Of a stretch of DNA of 64,000 nt, positions 10,019 through 19,991 are shown one piece after another. The DNA is taken from contig CAWDTA010000001.1 in the NCBI GenBank assembly GCA_963805085.1, positions 160,001-224,000 of the forward strand, given 5' to 3'. The first letter of the stretch is position 1, and every line of letters begins with the position of its first letter. This DNA comes from an uncultured Veillonellaceae bacterium. Its GTDB lineage: Bacteria; Bacillota; Negativicutes; JARBTT01. The translations under genes and the position numbers were made by a program. A model generated the notes under the pieces. That model was given only the letters and a program-made list of their open reading frames with translations, was not told where the DNA came from and ran no database searches.

Positions 10019-10369
10019 ATGGTGGTGAAAAGAGGAGATATTTATTATGCTAACTTAAGCCCTGTTGTTGGTTCGGAACAGGGGGGACTGAGACCAGTTT
10101 TGGTCGTTCAAAATGATGTCGGTAATAAATATAGTCCAACGGTAATTGTAGCTGCAATTACTTCGCAAATTAGTAAAGGGAAATTGCCTACACATGTTGA
10201 ACTCACTTCGAAAGAGTGTCAGCTGGAAAAGAATTCTGTAGTTCTATTAGAGCAACTTAGAACTATTGATAAACGTCGTCTAAAAGAGAAGGTAACACAG
10301 TTGCCTGATGAATTTATGATTAAAGTTGATGATGCTATTCAAATTAGTGTTGGATTGGTTCAATTTTAA
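10019..10369 (+). CDS. ndoA: PemK/MazF-family endoribonuclease toxin (EndoA)
   Basis: [45 protein letters not shown]. Confidence 0.96.
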   Translation: MVVKRGDIYYANLSPVVGSEQGGLRPVLVVQNDVGNKYSPTVIVAAITSQISKGKLPTHVELTSKECQLEKNSVVLLEQLRTIDKRRLKEKVTQLPDEFMIKVDDAIQISVGLVQF

Positions 10370-10453
10370 AAATGGGGCGAGCAATGCTCGCTTTTTTTGT
10401 GCATAAAAAAGCTTTGAATTCTACTATAAATGCTGAAAGATAAGGAGAAGGGC

Positions 10454-11365
10454 ATGAAGAAAATTTTTGATTTCATTGTTGTTGTTATGATGGCAGTATC
10501 TCTAATAATTGCATTAGGTTGTGGTAATCTAGCGGATAAGTCGAAGAATGCAGATGGTAGCAAGGCTGCTACAACACAAGCGAAAAGCAATGATCCTGTT
10601 ATAATTAAAATGCTAAATATTGGGCAGGGGGACTCTATCTTAATCAAGACAGCTCAGCAAGTGATTTTAATTGATACGGGCGATGTAGATATGCGTGATA
10701 AATTGGTGGAGTTATTGAAAAAAGAAAATGTTCATCAAATTGATAAACTGATTATCACCCATCCACATGCGGATCATTTAGGCGGCGCGTATGCGGTCTT
10801 AAAAGACTTTGATGTAAAGCAAGTATATGATAATGGGCAAACGACTAGTAATGCCACATATCGGACGTATATGAAATTGATTACAAGTAAAAAAATCCCG
10901 TATAAACAATTATTAGATTGTGAAAATATCGATTTTGGTAGTGGAGTTAGTTTTAGAGTATTTAGTCCAACTGCAGATGAGATTAAAGCAGGCGGTGATT
11001 TAAATAGTAATTCCATTGTGGGTAAATTGGTTTATGACAAATTTTCGATGCTATTTACTGGTGACTGTGAGGCCGATAGAGAAAAAGTCATTCTAGCTAA
11101 GTATGGCAATCAATTAAAAAGCACAATCCTTAAAAGCCCACATCATGGGAGTAAATCTTCGTCAAATCGCGAATATTTAAAAGCGATAGCCCCAGAAGCC
11201 GTGCTTATTTCTTGTGGTGTAAATAATGATTATAAACATCCGCACGATGTGACGATGAATAAATATAATGATTTAAAAATGAAGATTTATCGTACCGATA
11301 AAGATGGATCGATTACTATCGAAACAGACGGTAATACTTATAAGATTCGAAAGGAGAATACATAA
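10454..11365 (+). CDS. ComEC/Rec2-family metallo-beta-lactamase-fold lipoprotein
   Basis: Lipobox IALGC, IGQGDS, THPHADHLGG, LFTGD, PHHGS. AAGGAG RBS supports the 10454 start. Confidence 0.88.
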   Translation: MKKIFDFIVVVMMAVSLIIALGCGNLADKSKNADGSKAATTQAKSNDPVIIKMLNIGQGDSILIKTAQQVILIDTGDVDMRDKLVELLKKENVHQIDKLIITHPHADHLGGAYAVLKDFDVKQVYDNGQTTSNATYRTYMKLITSKKIPYKQLLDCENIDFGSGVSFRVFSPTADEIKAGGDLNSNSIVGKLVYDKFSMLFTGDCEADREKVILAKYGNQLKSTILKSPHHGSKSSSNREYLKAIAPEAVLISCGVNNDYKHPHDVTMNKYNDLKMKIYRTDKDGSITIETDGNTYKIRKENT

Positions 11366-11580
11366 TGCAAGCTGTTATTGATCGTTTTGAAGGCAAAAAA
11401 GCGGTTTTACTAGTCGGCGAAGATGAAATACCAGTGATATTTCCGAAGAAATATTTGCCTGCACAGATTGGTGAAGGCGATTATGTTAAAATTGAAATTT
11501 TTTACGATAAAGCTGCGACAAAAAAAGCGAATGCAGAGGCAAAGGCATTGCAACAATTGGCCGTAGAACAAAACAAATAA
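11365..11580 (+). CDS. DUF3006-like small protein
   Basis: VIDRFEG.KAVLL...LP....EGD motif. Typical partner of this MBL family and translationally coupled to it. Confidence 0.8.
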   Translation: MQAVIDRFEGKKAVLLVGEDEIPVIFPKKYLPAQIGEGDYVKIEIFYDKAATKKANAEAKALQQLAVEQNK

Positions 11581-11636
11581 TATAAACAATTAACCTGTAT
11601 GGATGCATTGCTATCCATACAGGTTAATTGTTTATA
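11581..11636. terminator. 24-bp perfect inverted repeat (probable terminator)
   Basis: TATAAACAATTAACCTGTATGGAT-N8-ATCCATACAGGTTAATTGTTTATA. Confidence 0.75.
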
Positions 11637-11739
11637 GGAAAAATTTTTTATTTGTTCAAACGGTATTTAGTGGTAAAATGAAGTATCATAAAAAAATATT
11701 TGTTAATTTTGGCACTTTAGATATCGGAGGAATACGAGC

Positions 11740-13683
11740 ATGGGATTGCAAGAGGGCAGTAAAGGCGTTTTTAATAATAATGCTATGATATATTCTGCTT
11801 CACAAATGGTCAGACCACAGCCTGTAAGAATAACTGAAACGTTTACAGTGCAAGATTTGACTGAACAAGAGCTGAATAAAATTTTATTTCGTTATAGCAA
11901 TAATATTGAAGACATCCTACCGTTAACAGAAAGCCAGGGGTGGCTATTTTCCAACGATAAGATCGTTTCAGCGGATTTTTATATCCAAGCGTTGTTTAAA
12001 GTTGGTGGGTTTATTGAACCGCAAGAATTGATAGATCATATAGATCGTTTAATAGGCGAGTATCCTATTTTACGTACTGCGATCTGCTATCGAGCTATTG
12101 AAAAACCAGTACAAGTCGTTTTAAAAGCACGCAGTGCAGAAATCCGCTTTCATGATTTATCTAACTTAGCGGTTGATAAAGTGAATGAGACTCTCGAAAA
12201 TATTATGATAGCAGATAGACGGCGTGGCTTTGATTTGGAAGGTGATCGTCTAGTTCGAATTGGTATTTTTCATACTAGAACCAAAGAATATGCTGTGTTG
12301 ATTGCCCAGCCGCAGATGATTGCTGATGGGTGGGACTTTGGCTTGATTTTTGCAAATATGTTCGAAAATCAAGAAACGAATACGTTAAAAGCAAAAATGT
12401 TGAATGCCAAAGATTTTTCTTTTAGTCAATACCTAGAAAAACGCGGTGAGCAAGATAAAAGGCCGGCAATCCAATATTGGGAAAAGTTATTGGCAAAATT
12501 ACCAATTAACATCAAATTACCTGGGTACAAACATTCTGATTTGCCATATAGTCAGGCTGTTAGTATAATGAATGTTGATCGTAAGTTAAATGAATCGATC
12601 AAGCAGGTTGCACGAAATAATGCAACTGTGGTAGCTTTGCTACAAACAGCTTGGGGCATTATGCTACAAAGGTATAATAGAACAAATGATGTCGTATTTG
12701 GGGTCGTATTATCCAATCGGAGTGCGCGTATGGAAAATATCGAAGATGTTGCAAGTATCGTCAATGTTATGTTGATACGCATTACTTGTCCGATTAATAT
12801 GTCAGTAGAAGCGTTGATTAAGAAGCAACAATTACAACTTATGGTGTCACAACCATATAGTTTCTGCTCGTTGAATGAATTACAAGAACTTAGCAAGATG
12901 GAAAAAACTTTATTTCATCATTTCTTGAATTTTCATAGCTTTGGAATTGGTCAGCGGTATACGGATGTAGAGACGACCTTTGGGGTAAAGCCAGTCGCAG
13001 TGAATTCCTTTGATTATTGTAATAATGATCTGGGAATTTATTTTAGGATGACAGCCAATGGATTAGAAATGGAGTTTGTTTACAATAAAACAAGTTTCAC
13101 AGAAAAACAAATTGCGTTATTACAGCAAGGTTATTTAGCAGTATTGCGTCAGATTGTTCAGAAACCTACGATTGCAGTCTATGAAGTTAAGATGCCAAGT
13201 ATTGAGCAAGTGCTCGCAGCGGATGTTGATTATAATACCGAGCAACAGGAACGTATGCATTTTTTTGAAACCATTGATGTATTTTCTAAGTTGTCTCAAA
13301 ACGTCATTGCAGAATTGGCGAATAGTGCGACTAGTGAATATTATGTTGAAGGCGATAGTATCATTGGTGAAGGAATGGAACAAGAAAAATTATTAATCGT
13401 TTTTAGTGGTAATGTAGAAATTAGTCGTAAAGCCAGTAATGATTGCTCAAGCATAATTGAAGTTTTGCAAGCTGGTCAGATCATAAGTTTTGAAAGTATT
13501 TTTGATAATCGAGAAAGTTCTATCCACGCTGAGGCGGTAATAGGAGATGTAACTATTATTTCTTTGAAAAACAGTGAAATTTGTAAGTTGATGCATAAAT
13601 ATTTTACATTTAGTACGAGTGTAATTATGAATTTAAATGAACAAATCAACAAATTTCAAAAATTATTAGTGCGTGAGGAGTAA
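11740..13683 (+). CDS. Stand-alone NRPS condensation-like domain fused to a C-terminal cyclic-nucleotide-binding domain
   Basis: C-domain motifs IEDILPLTESQ, PILRT, RGFDL, ADGW, YWEKLL, AWGIMLQRY..TNDVVFG. CRP-like C-terminus F..IDVFSKL...EGDSIIGEG...IVFSGNVEI...LQAGQII. Confidence 0.82.
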   Translation: MGLQEGSKGVFNNNAMIYSASQMVRPQPVRITETFTVQDLTEQELNKILFRYSNNIEDILPLTESQGWLFSNDKIVSADFYIQALFKVGGFIEPQELIDHIDRLIGEYPILRTAICYRAIEKPVQVVLKARSAEIRFHDLSNLAVDKVNETLENIMIADRRRGFDLEGDRLVRIGIFHTRTKEYAVLIAQPQMIADGWDFGLIFANMFENQETNTLKAKMLNAKDFSFSQYLEKRGEQDKRPAIQYWEKLLAKLPINIKLPGYKHSDLPYSQAVSIMNVDRKLNESIKQVARNNATVVALLQTAWGIMLQRYNRTNDVVFGVVLSNRSARMENIEDVASIVNVMLIRITCPINMSVEALIKKQQLQLMVSQPYSFCSLNELQELSKMEKTLFHHFLNFHSFGIGQRYTDVETTFGVKPVAVNSFDYCNNDLGIYFRMTANGLEMEFVYNKTSFTEKQIALLQQGYLAVLRQIVQKPTIAVYEVKMPSIEQVLAADVDYNTEQQERMHFFETIDVFSKLSQNVIAELANSATSEYYVEGDSIIGEGMEQEKLLIVFSGNVEISRKASNDCSSIIEVLQAGQIISFESIFDNRESSIHAEAVIGDVTIISLKNSEICKLMHKYFTFSTSVIMNLNEQINKFQKLLVREE

Positions 13684-13715
13684 GCTAGAACTTTTATAAA
13701 ATAGGGGCGTGCGTT

Positions 13716-14768
13716 TTGAAGAGAAAAATTATTTTAATTTGTTTAAGCTTGCTGGTACTGTTGACACAAGCAGTTTTTGCGGCACCAAGCAAACAAATAA
13801 AGTATAGAGTGAATAGTTTTAGCTATTCTATGGTCGATAAAACTGATACACAGCCGAAAGTATTACGTTTAGAAATCGGACTAAACAATGCAACCAATGA
13901 TTTTACAACTAATATTGATTCGTTGAATCCTTCTGACTTGTTGATTGATTTGAATCAAACTCGCTTAGGTAAAATAAAGCAGCCAGTGACCTTAGATGGA
14001 GAATTGGCGAAAAGCATAGAATTTAATCAAGTTGATCAGTCAACAACTCGTGTAACCCTTCATTTGCCACAAGAGGCTAGTACAGCAAACTATAAGATTT
14101 ATACTTTACAAAAAGATAGCAAAACGAAAAAGCCATTCCGACTGGTGATTGAGATTGTTGATGGTCCTATTTATTCTTTTACTGCAGGGCTAAATGGTAA
14201 GACCATTATCATTGATCCAGGCCATGGCGGTAGTGATCCGGGGGCAATTGGACCGAGTCGTATCTGTGAGAAAGATGTAACTTTGGCAGTATCACTAAAA
14301 GTACAAGAGATTTTAAGAAACTCTGGTGCCAACGTTATCATGACGCGAGACGATGATCGTGATGTTTATGGTCCGAATGCCAGTGATAGTGAAGAGCTAC
14401 AAGCTCGAGTCAATGTCGGTAAAAATCATCCAGCGGATGTTTTTTTGAGTATCCATGCGAATTCTTTTACGAGTCAATCAGCTCATGGCACGGCAACTTA
14501 TTATTATGAAAAATCGTCGTATGATGGGCTGCTTGCCCAGTCGTTACAAAATGGACTAGTGGATTTCGGTGGATTATCTGATCGAGGAACGCAAGAAGCT
14601 AATTTTTATGTAGTGAAGCGTTCTAGTATGCCAGCTGCTTTAGTTGAATTGGCTTTTATCTCTAATCCTAGAGAAGAAAGTCTTCTAAATTCTTCTGCTT
14701 TTCAACTAAAATTAGCAGAAGGTATCTGTAAAGGATTAAGTGATTTTTTTAGTCAAGCGTCAAAGTAG
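13716..14768 (+). CDS. N-acetylmuramoyl-L-alanine amidase (AMIN-like + Amidase_3)
   Basis: Signal peptide, IIIDPGHGGSDPGA, EKDVTL, FLSIHAN, MPAALVELAFISNP. Confidence 0.93.
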   Translation: MKRKIILICLSLLVLLTQAVFAAPSKQIKYRVNSFSYSMVDKTDTQPKVLRLEIGLNNATNDFTTNIDSLNPSDLLIDLNQTRLGKIKQPVTLDGELAKSIEFNQVDQSTTRVTLHLPQEASTANYKIYTLQKDSKTKKPFRLVIEIVDGPIYSFTAGLNGKTIIIDPGHGGSDPGAIGPSRICEKDVTLAVSLKVQEILRNSGANVIMTRDDDRDVYGPNASDSEELQARVNVGKNHPADVFLSIHANSFTSQSAHGTATYYYEKSSYDGLLAQSLQNGLVDFGGLSDRGTQEANFYVVKRSSMPAALVELAFISNPREESLLNSSAFQLKLAEGICKGLSDFFSQASK

Positions 14769-14781
14769 AAAGGTGATAAAT

Positions 14782-15372
14782 ATGATGTTGAAAAGTTCAA
14801 AATATCTCATTGTGATTTTAACCGTTTTCATTTTATTTTTAACTGTTGGTTGCAGCAAGGAAAATAATCAAAACGATGAAAAGATAAATTCTGACAATAA
14901 AGTTGTGACGGAGAAAGAAAAAAAAGCAAATGATAATAAAACAGCAGTAGTAGAAAAAAGTGATACCTTGAAAGTGTACTATGCAAATGAAGATGGAACA
15001 AAACTTGTATCAGAAGTGAAGGTAAAAGAAGTGCCTGGTGAGGATAAATATACAACAGTCATGAAAAAACTGATTGCTGGTACACACGAAAAAGGCGCAG
15101 TTTCTATTATTCCAAAAGGGACAAAATTACGTGGTGTAAGGGTAGAAAAAAATATTGCCTATGTTGATTTTTCTAATGATTTAGTCAAAAAATTTAATGG
15201 TGGTTCCACTGGTGAAATTATGCTAGTAGGTTCCATTGTAGATACGTTAACCGAATTTCCCGAAGTGAAAGCAGTGCAAATTTTAATTGAGGGTAAAAAG
15301 GTTGATACGATTGCAGGTCATATGGATACTAGTGAGCCATTAAAACGTTTTAATGATATTATCAAAAATTAA
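14782..15372 (+). CDS. GerMN-domain lipoprotein
   Basis: Lipobox LTVGC, IP.GTKL..V.....AYVDFS, SIVDTLTEFPEVKAVQILIEG. Confidence 0.88.
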   Translation: MMLKSSKYLIVILTVFILFLTVGCSKENNQNDEKINSDNKVVTEKEKKANDNKTAVVEKSDTLKVYYANEDGTKLVSEVKVKEVPGEDKYTTVMKKLIAGTHEKGAVSIIPKGTKLRGVRVEKNIAYVDFSNDLVKKFNGGSTGEIMLVGSIVDTLTEFPEVKAVQILIEGKKVDTIAGHMDTSEPLKRFNDIIKN

Positions 15373-15427
15373 GTATACAGACCAATAGAAGTTTGGTAGA
15401 ATAGTAAAGAAATATAATATGTTTTTT

Positions 15428-15507
15428 CCACTAGGGGGGCAATTGTGCTGAGAGGTTTTATACCGACCCTTGGAACCTGTTTGGTTAAAACCAGCGTAGG
15501 GAAGTGG
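15428..15507 (+). ncRNA. TPP riboswitch (THI element)
   Basis: CCACTAGGGG...GCTGAGA...ACCCTTGGAACCTG...AA.ACCAGCGTAGGGAAGTGG, with P1 CCACT/AGTGG. Followed by a terminator hairpin at 15528-15563 and thiC. Confidence 0.93.
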
Positions 15508-15527
15508 CAAAATTGCTTTTACAAGGG

Positions 15528-15563
15528 AAAAGCCATTTAGCTGCTATGCGCTAAGTGGCTTTT
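15528..15563 (+). terminator. Riboswitch-controlled attenuator terminator
   Basis: AAAAGCCATTTAGC / GCTAAGTGGCTTTT. Confidence 0.75.
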
Positions 15564-15597
15564 ATTATTGAAAATTTAATTTATTGGGGGAGAAAAA

Positions 15598-16905
15598 ATG
15601 GTAATTACGCAAATGCAAGCAGCACGTCAAGGTAAAATTACAGAAGCAATGGATATCGTTGCTAAGCAAGAAAATATGGATGTAAATGTGATCAGAGAAC
15701 GCGTAGCTGAAGGTACAGTAACAGTTTGTGCCAATGTAAATCATACTTCGCTGACACCTCGTGGTGTAGGAAAAGGTCTCTCGACAAAGGTAAATGCAAA
15801 TATTGGTACCTCCAGTGCATATCCAGATATTGAACCAGAACTACTAAAACTAGAAGCGGCAATCCAAGCAGGAGCAGATGCTGTGATGGATCTGAGTACT
15901 GGTGATAATATAGATCTTTCTAGAAAATCAATCATTGAAAAATCTACAGTTATGGTTGGCACAGTGCCAATTTACCAAGCAACTGTCAATGCGATTAAAA
16001 CCTATGGTGCTGTTGTTGATATGACAGGTGATGATTTATTACATGCGATTGCCACACAGGCCAAAGATGGTGCAGATTTCATGACAATCCACTGTGGCGT
16101 AACGCGTGAAGTGATTAACCGTATGCGTAATCAAGGTAGGGTGATGGATGTTGTAAGTCGTGGTGGATCTTTCATCACAGGTTGGATGCTACATAACCGA
16201 AAAGAGAATCCGCTCTATGAAAGATACGATGATATCTTAGATATCTGTGCACAATATGATGTGACAATCAGTTTAGGTGATGGTCTGCGTCCTGGCTGCT
16301 TGGCAGATGCGACTGATCGGGCGCAAGTACAAGAGTTACTGATTTTAGGTGAGCTTGTTGATCGTGCCTGGGCAAAAGGGGTGCAAGTATTGGTAGAGGG
16401 TCCAGGTCATGTACCATTTGACCAAATTGCTGCCAATATGAAATTACAAAAACAACTTTGTAGAAATGCTCCATTTTATGTGCTTGGACCATTGGTAACC
16501 GATGTGGCTCCAGGGTATGACCATATTACTTCCGCAATTGGTGGAACGCTTGCTGCAGCAAATGGTGCTGATTTCCTTTGCTATGTTACACCAGCAGAAC
16601 ATTTGGCATTGCCAACGATAGAAGATGTTCATGAAGGTGTGATCGCATCTCGTATTGCTGCCCATGCCGCTGATATTGTCAAAGGGGTACCGGGGGCAAA
16701 AGAATGGGATTTAAAAATGGCCAAAGCGAGAAAAGCACTTGATTGGCAGAAACAAATAGACTTATCGATTGATCCAGCGAAGGCGAAAGCAAAACGTGGC
16801 GCAAGAAACGCGGAAGGAACCGAAGCCTGTTCGATGTGTGGAGACTATTGCGCGATGAAAATCGTTGGTGAATACTTAAATAAACCAGTTGATTTATGTG
16901 ATTAA
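15598..16905 (+). CDS. thiC: Phosphomethylpyrimidine synthase
   Basis: [39 protein letters not shown]-terminal CSMCGDYC. Controlled by a TPP riboswitch. Confidence 0.95.
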   Translation: MVITQMQAARQGKITEAMDIVAKQENMDVNVIRERVAEGTVTVCANVNHTSLTPRGVGKGLSTKVNANIGTSSAYPDIEPELLKLEAAIQAGADAVMDLSTGDNIDLSRKSIIEKSTVMVGTVPIYQATVNAIKTYGAVVDMTGDDLLHAIATQAKDGADFMTIHCGVTREVINRMRNQGRVMDVVSRGGSFITGWMLHNRKENPLYERYDDILDICAQYDVTISLGDGLRPGCLADATDRAQVQELLILGELVDRAWAKGVQVLVEGPGHVPFDQIAANMKLQKQLCRNAPFYVLGPLVTDVAPGYDHITSAIGGTLAAANGADFLCYVTPAEHLALPTIEDVHEGVIASRIAAHAADIVKGVPGAKEWDLKMAKARKALDWQKQIDLSIDPAKAKAKRGARNAEGTEACSMCGDYCAMKIVGEYLNKPVDLCD

Positions 16906-17085
16906 GGAATGTGAAAAATACATTAGGTAAGTTTTACACGCTCAATACTCCTTTTATATTTTAGTTTATGAAAATAAATATGGGATAAAACTTAATTTTT
17001 CCCATATTTTAAAGGAATGTAGAAAATAATGACGAATTCTTTTTATAAAGTAAACTATTAACGATACAATCGATTAGGAGGGGTA

Positions 17086-17469
17086 ATGATGGGGAAGATT
17101 AATAGAATTTTAGTACCAGTTGATGGTTCTGTTAATGGTTGTAAAGCGGTAGATCATGCCATTTTTTTAGCAGAAAAGAGCAATGCAAAATTAGATTTTA
17201 TTTATGTTGCTAGTAGTATTAATAAAGATATTCCTAGTGATATCGTTTTCGATAGAATTTGGGATAAGATTCCGCAGAATATCGAAGCAGAAAGACACGT
17301 TGAAAAAGGTAATATTCCTCGTGCCATTTTAAAAGTAGCCGAAGAATGTCACAGTGATATGATTGTTATGGGGAGCCGTGGTCTTGGTATTTTAAAAGGT
17401 GCCTTGATTGGTAGTGTGAGTCAAAAAGTAACGGAAGAAGCAAAATGTCCAGTTATGGTTGTAAAGTAA
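17086..17469 (+). CDS. Universal stress protein (UspA family)
   Basis: RILVPVDGS, DMIVMGSRGLG..KGALIGSVSQKV...AKCPVMVVK. Confidence 0.92.
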   Translation: MMGKINRILVPVDGSVNGCKAVDHAIFLAEKSNAKLDFIYVASSINKDIPSDIVFDRIWDKIPQNIEAERHVEKGNIPRAILKVAEECHSDMIVMGSRGLGILKGALIGSVSQKVTEEAKCPVMVVK

Positions 17470-17485
17470 GGGATATTTAGAGAAG

Positions 17486-17565
17486 AAAATCGGGTTGCTC
17501 AAGTGAGTAACCCGATTTTTATTAATGGATAACAAAAAAACAGAGGTGCTTAACCTCTGTTTTTA
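17486..17565. terminator. Two hairpin terminators between the convergent usp and rubrerythrin genes
   Basis: AAAATCGGGTTGCTC/GAGTAACCCGATTTT and AAAAACAGAGGT/ACCTCTGTTTTT. Confidence 0.75.
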
Positions 17566-17584
17566 TTTAAGTAACTGGATTAGC

Positions 17585-18130
17585 TTATTCAGCAAAATAA
17601 CGTTTTAATAAACCGCTAAAACCACAACCATGGCGAGCTTCATCTTTTGCCATCTCATGAACGGTGTCATGGATTGCATCTAAGTTTTGTTGTTTTGCAA
17701 GGGTTGCCAATTCTTTTTTACCTGCACATGCACCATGTTCAGCAGCAGCACGTAATTCAAGGTTTTTCTTTGTACTGGAAGTAAGAACTTCACCAAGCAT
17801 TTCAGCAAATCTAGAAGCATGATCAGCTTCTTCAAATGCATAACGTTTAAAAGCTTCGGCAATTTCAGGATAACCTTCTCTATCAGCCACGCGAGCCATT
17901 GCTAAGTACATACCAACTTCAGTACATTCACCAGTGAAATTTTGACGTAAACCTTCGATGATTTTTGGATCTAAACCGTCTACGATACCTACGCGATGCT
18001 CATCTGCGTAAACAACTTCACCAGTTTGTTCGTTAAATTTTGATGCTGGAGCTTTACAAATTGGACAAACCTCAGGCGCTTCTGTACCTTCATGAACATA
18101 ACCACAAATACTGCAAATAAATTTTGACAT
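17585..18130 (-). CDS. Reverse rubrerythrin (NADH peroxidase)
   Basis: N-terminal rubredoxin CSICGY...CPICKA, then a diiron ferritin-like domain ([24 protein letters not shown]). GGAGG RBS before MSKF. Confidence 0.93.
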   Translation of the reverse strand: MSKFICSICGYVHEGTEAPEVCPICKAPASKFNEQTGEVVYADEHRVGIVDGLDPKIIEGLRQNFTGECTEVGMYLAMARVADREGYPEIAEAFKRYAFEEADHASRFAEMLGEVLTSSTKKNLELRAAAEHGACAGKKELATLAKQQNLDAIHDTVHEMAKDEARHGCGFSGLLKRYFAE

Positions 18131-18506
18131 AAAATTAACCTCCAAAATATTTTTTAAATTTTATACATATACTTCATAAATTTTAAATCAATCTCAGGTA
18201 AGGGGCTTTACTCCTTACTGACCTTGACCATGTATATAGTATAGCAATATACGATAGAAAGTGAAATGTATAAATTTCCGCAAATACGGCGATTTTAGCT
18301 TATTATAAGGTTTTTTTCTGATAATATTGGGTGCTAACGAATTTATACTAATTATATTGAATATTAACGGATAATTATTATTAGAAATAAAATTATGACT
18401 ATCTATCGTTCAATAATTACGTAAATACATTTTTATGTTAAAATCTTAGTAGTAAAATCTAATTTAAGATAAAATTAAGAAGTTTTTAGGAAAGTGGGGT
18501 GACTTA

Positions 18507-19499
18507 ATGGAATTGAAAGAGCTTGGTGAATTTGGCTTGATTGATTTGATTAAACAAGATTGTATTGTTGACGCTAGTACTGTTGTTGTTGGTATCGGTG
18601 ATGATGCGGCGGTCATCATGCCTACGAAAGATATGTTACAGCTTATTAGCACCGATATGTTGATGGAGGGAGTTCATTTCGATTTATCTTTTATATCACC
18701 CTTTCAGTTAGGCTATAAATCGCTGGCAGTCAATTTAAGTGATATAGCGGCAATGGGCGGGATACCAAAGCAAGTTGTTGTATCGCTAGCATTGCCCAAA
18801 CAAATTGAGACGGAGTTCATCATTGAGTTATATCGTGGAATGAAGGACCTTGCCCGGCAGTTTGGTGTTAATATTGTTGGCGGCGATACTGTTTCAAGCT
18901 TGCATGGGATTGCGATTAATGTAACGGTCATCGGCGAAGTTACAGAGCAAAAATTGCAAAAGCGTAGTGGTGCAAAGCAGGGAGACCTGGTAGTTGTTAC
19001 TGGCACATTAGGTAGCTCAGCGGCCGGTCTTGCCTTACTACAAAACGGTGAATATACTACATGTGATTTTAGTGATTCATTAGTGAACGCACATTTAATG
19101 CCATTGCCGCAGGTGGTAATGGCCAATGATATCGCAAACTATTCCCATAGCATGAATGATATTAGTGATGGACTGGCTAGCGAAGCAAAGGAAATTGCGA
19201 TTGCCAGCGAAGTTGGGATGTGTTTATATGAAACAGAAATTCCATTATCACCAGAGTTAATAACAGCAAGTCGCGTGTTAAAAAAGTCTGCATTGGCATA
19301 TGCTTTATATGGTGGTGAAGATTATCAGTTGATTTTTACGATTGCGCCAGAAAAATATCAATTGCTAAAACAATGTCATTTAGTAAATAGCATTACTGTC
19401 ATTGGTGAGGTAACCCCACAAAATGGAGTCGTAGAATTGGTGCAGGAAGATCAACAGATTGTACAACTAGAGTCTAAAGGGTATAATCATTTTATATAG
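18507..19499 (+). CDS. thiL: Thiamine-monophosphate kinase
   Basis: GEFGLI, GIGDDAA, NLSDIAAMGG, GGDT, MNDISDGL, GGEDY.L. Confidence 0.95.
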   Translation: MELKELGEFGLIDLIKQDCIVDASTVVVGIGDDAAVIMPTKDMLQLISTDMLMEGVHFDLSFISPFQLGYKSLAVNLSDIAAMGGIPKQVVVSLALPKQIETEFIIELYRGMKDLARQFGVNIVGGDTVSSLHGIAINVTVIGEVTEQKLQKRSGAKQGDLVVVTGTLGSSAAGLALLQNGEYTTCDFSDSLVNAHLMPLPQVVMANDIANYSHSMNDISDGLASEAKEIAIASEVGMCLYETEIPLSPELITASRVLKKSALAYALYGGEDYQLIFTIAPEKYQLLKQCHLVNSITVIGEVTPQNGVVELVQEDQQIVQLESKGYNHFI

Positions 19500-19520
19500 A
19501 GTTTATAGGAGTGTTAGAAA

Positions 19521-19991
19521 ATGCAGGTAAAAACGTCATCACCAGAGCAAACGTATGCATTAGGGCAAGAGTTAGCTACCTATTTAGCTGACGGTATCGT
19601 CCTTTGCTTAGAAGGTGATTTAGGTGCTGGTAAGACTTTGTTTGTGAAGGGAATTGCGAATGGTTTAAAGGTAACTGAAGAGGTAACGAGTCCGACGTTT
19701 ACCATCATGAATATTTATCAAGGCGAAAAGACCATCTATCATTTCGATTTATACCGTTTGGAATTTGTCGAGGAGTTGCAAGATATCGGTTTTTATGAAT
19801 ATACAGAGAAAATAGATCAAGTAGTTATCCTTGAATGGCCCAATAAGTTTCCGGATGAATTGCCAGATGAGCATTTATGGATTAAAATTAGCCATAGCTT
19901 AGGTGAAAATGAAAGAATTTTTGATATTCGTTTGCAGGGCGAAAAATATAAAAGAGTCTATGAGGAGTTGAAACGAAGTTGCCAATTTTAG
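19521..19991 (+). CDS. tsaE: t6A biosynthesis ATPase TsaE
   Basis: GDLGAGKT, VTSPTF, HFDLYRL, EW. Confidence 0.96.
   Translation: MQVKTSSPEQTYALGQELATYLADGIVLCLEGDLGAGKTLFVKGIANGLKVTEEVTSPTFTIMNIYQGEKTIYHFDLYRLEFVEELQDIGFYEYTEKIDQVVILEWPNKFPDELPDEHLWIKISHSLGENERIFDIRLQGEKYKRVYEELKRSCQF

Noticed and set aside
9744-10369. ndoAI-ndoA as a novel or mobile TA system
   Set aside because: It is the conserved chromosomal MazEF of Firmicutes in its usual location.
11603-11788. 61-aa ORF before the condensation-domain gene
   Set aside because: It starts inside a 24-bp hairpin, has no RBS and overlaps the real gene's start.
15598-16905. Alternative call as BzaA/B/F (ThiC paralogues for benzimidazole synthesis)
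   Set aside because: It is preceded by a TPP riboswitch rather than a cobalamin one, and no bza or cob genes are nearby.
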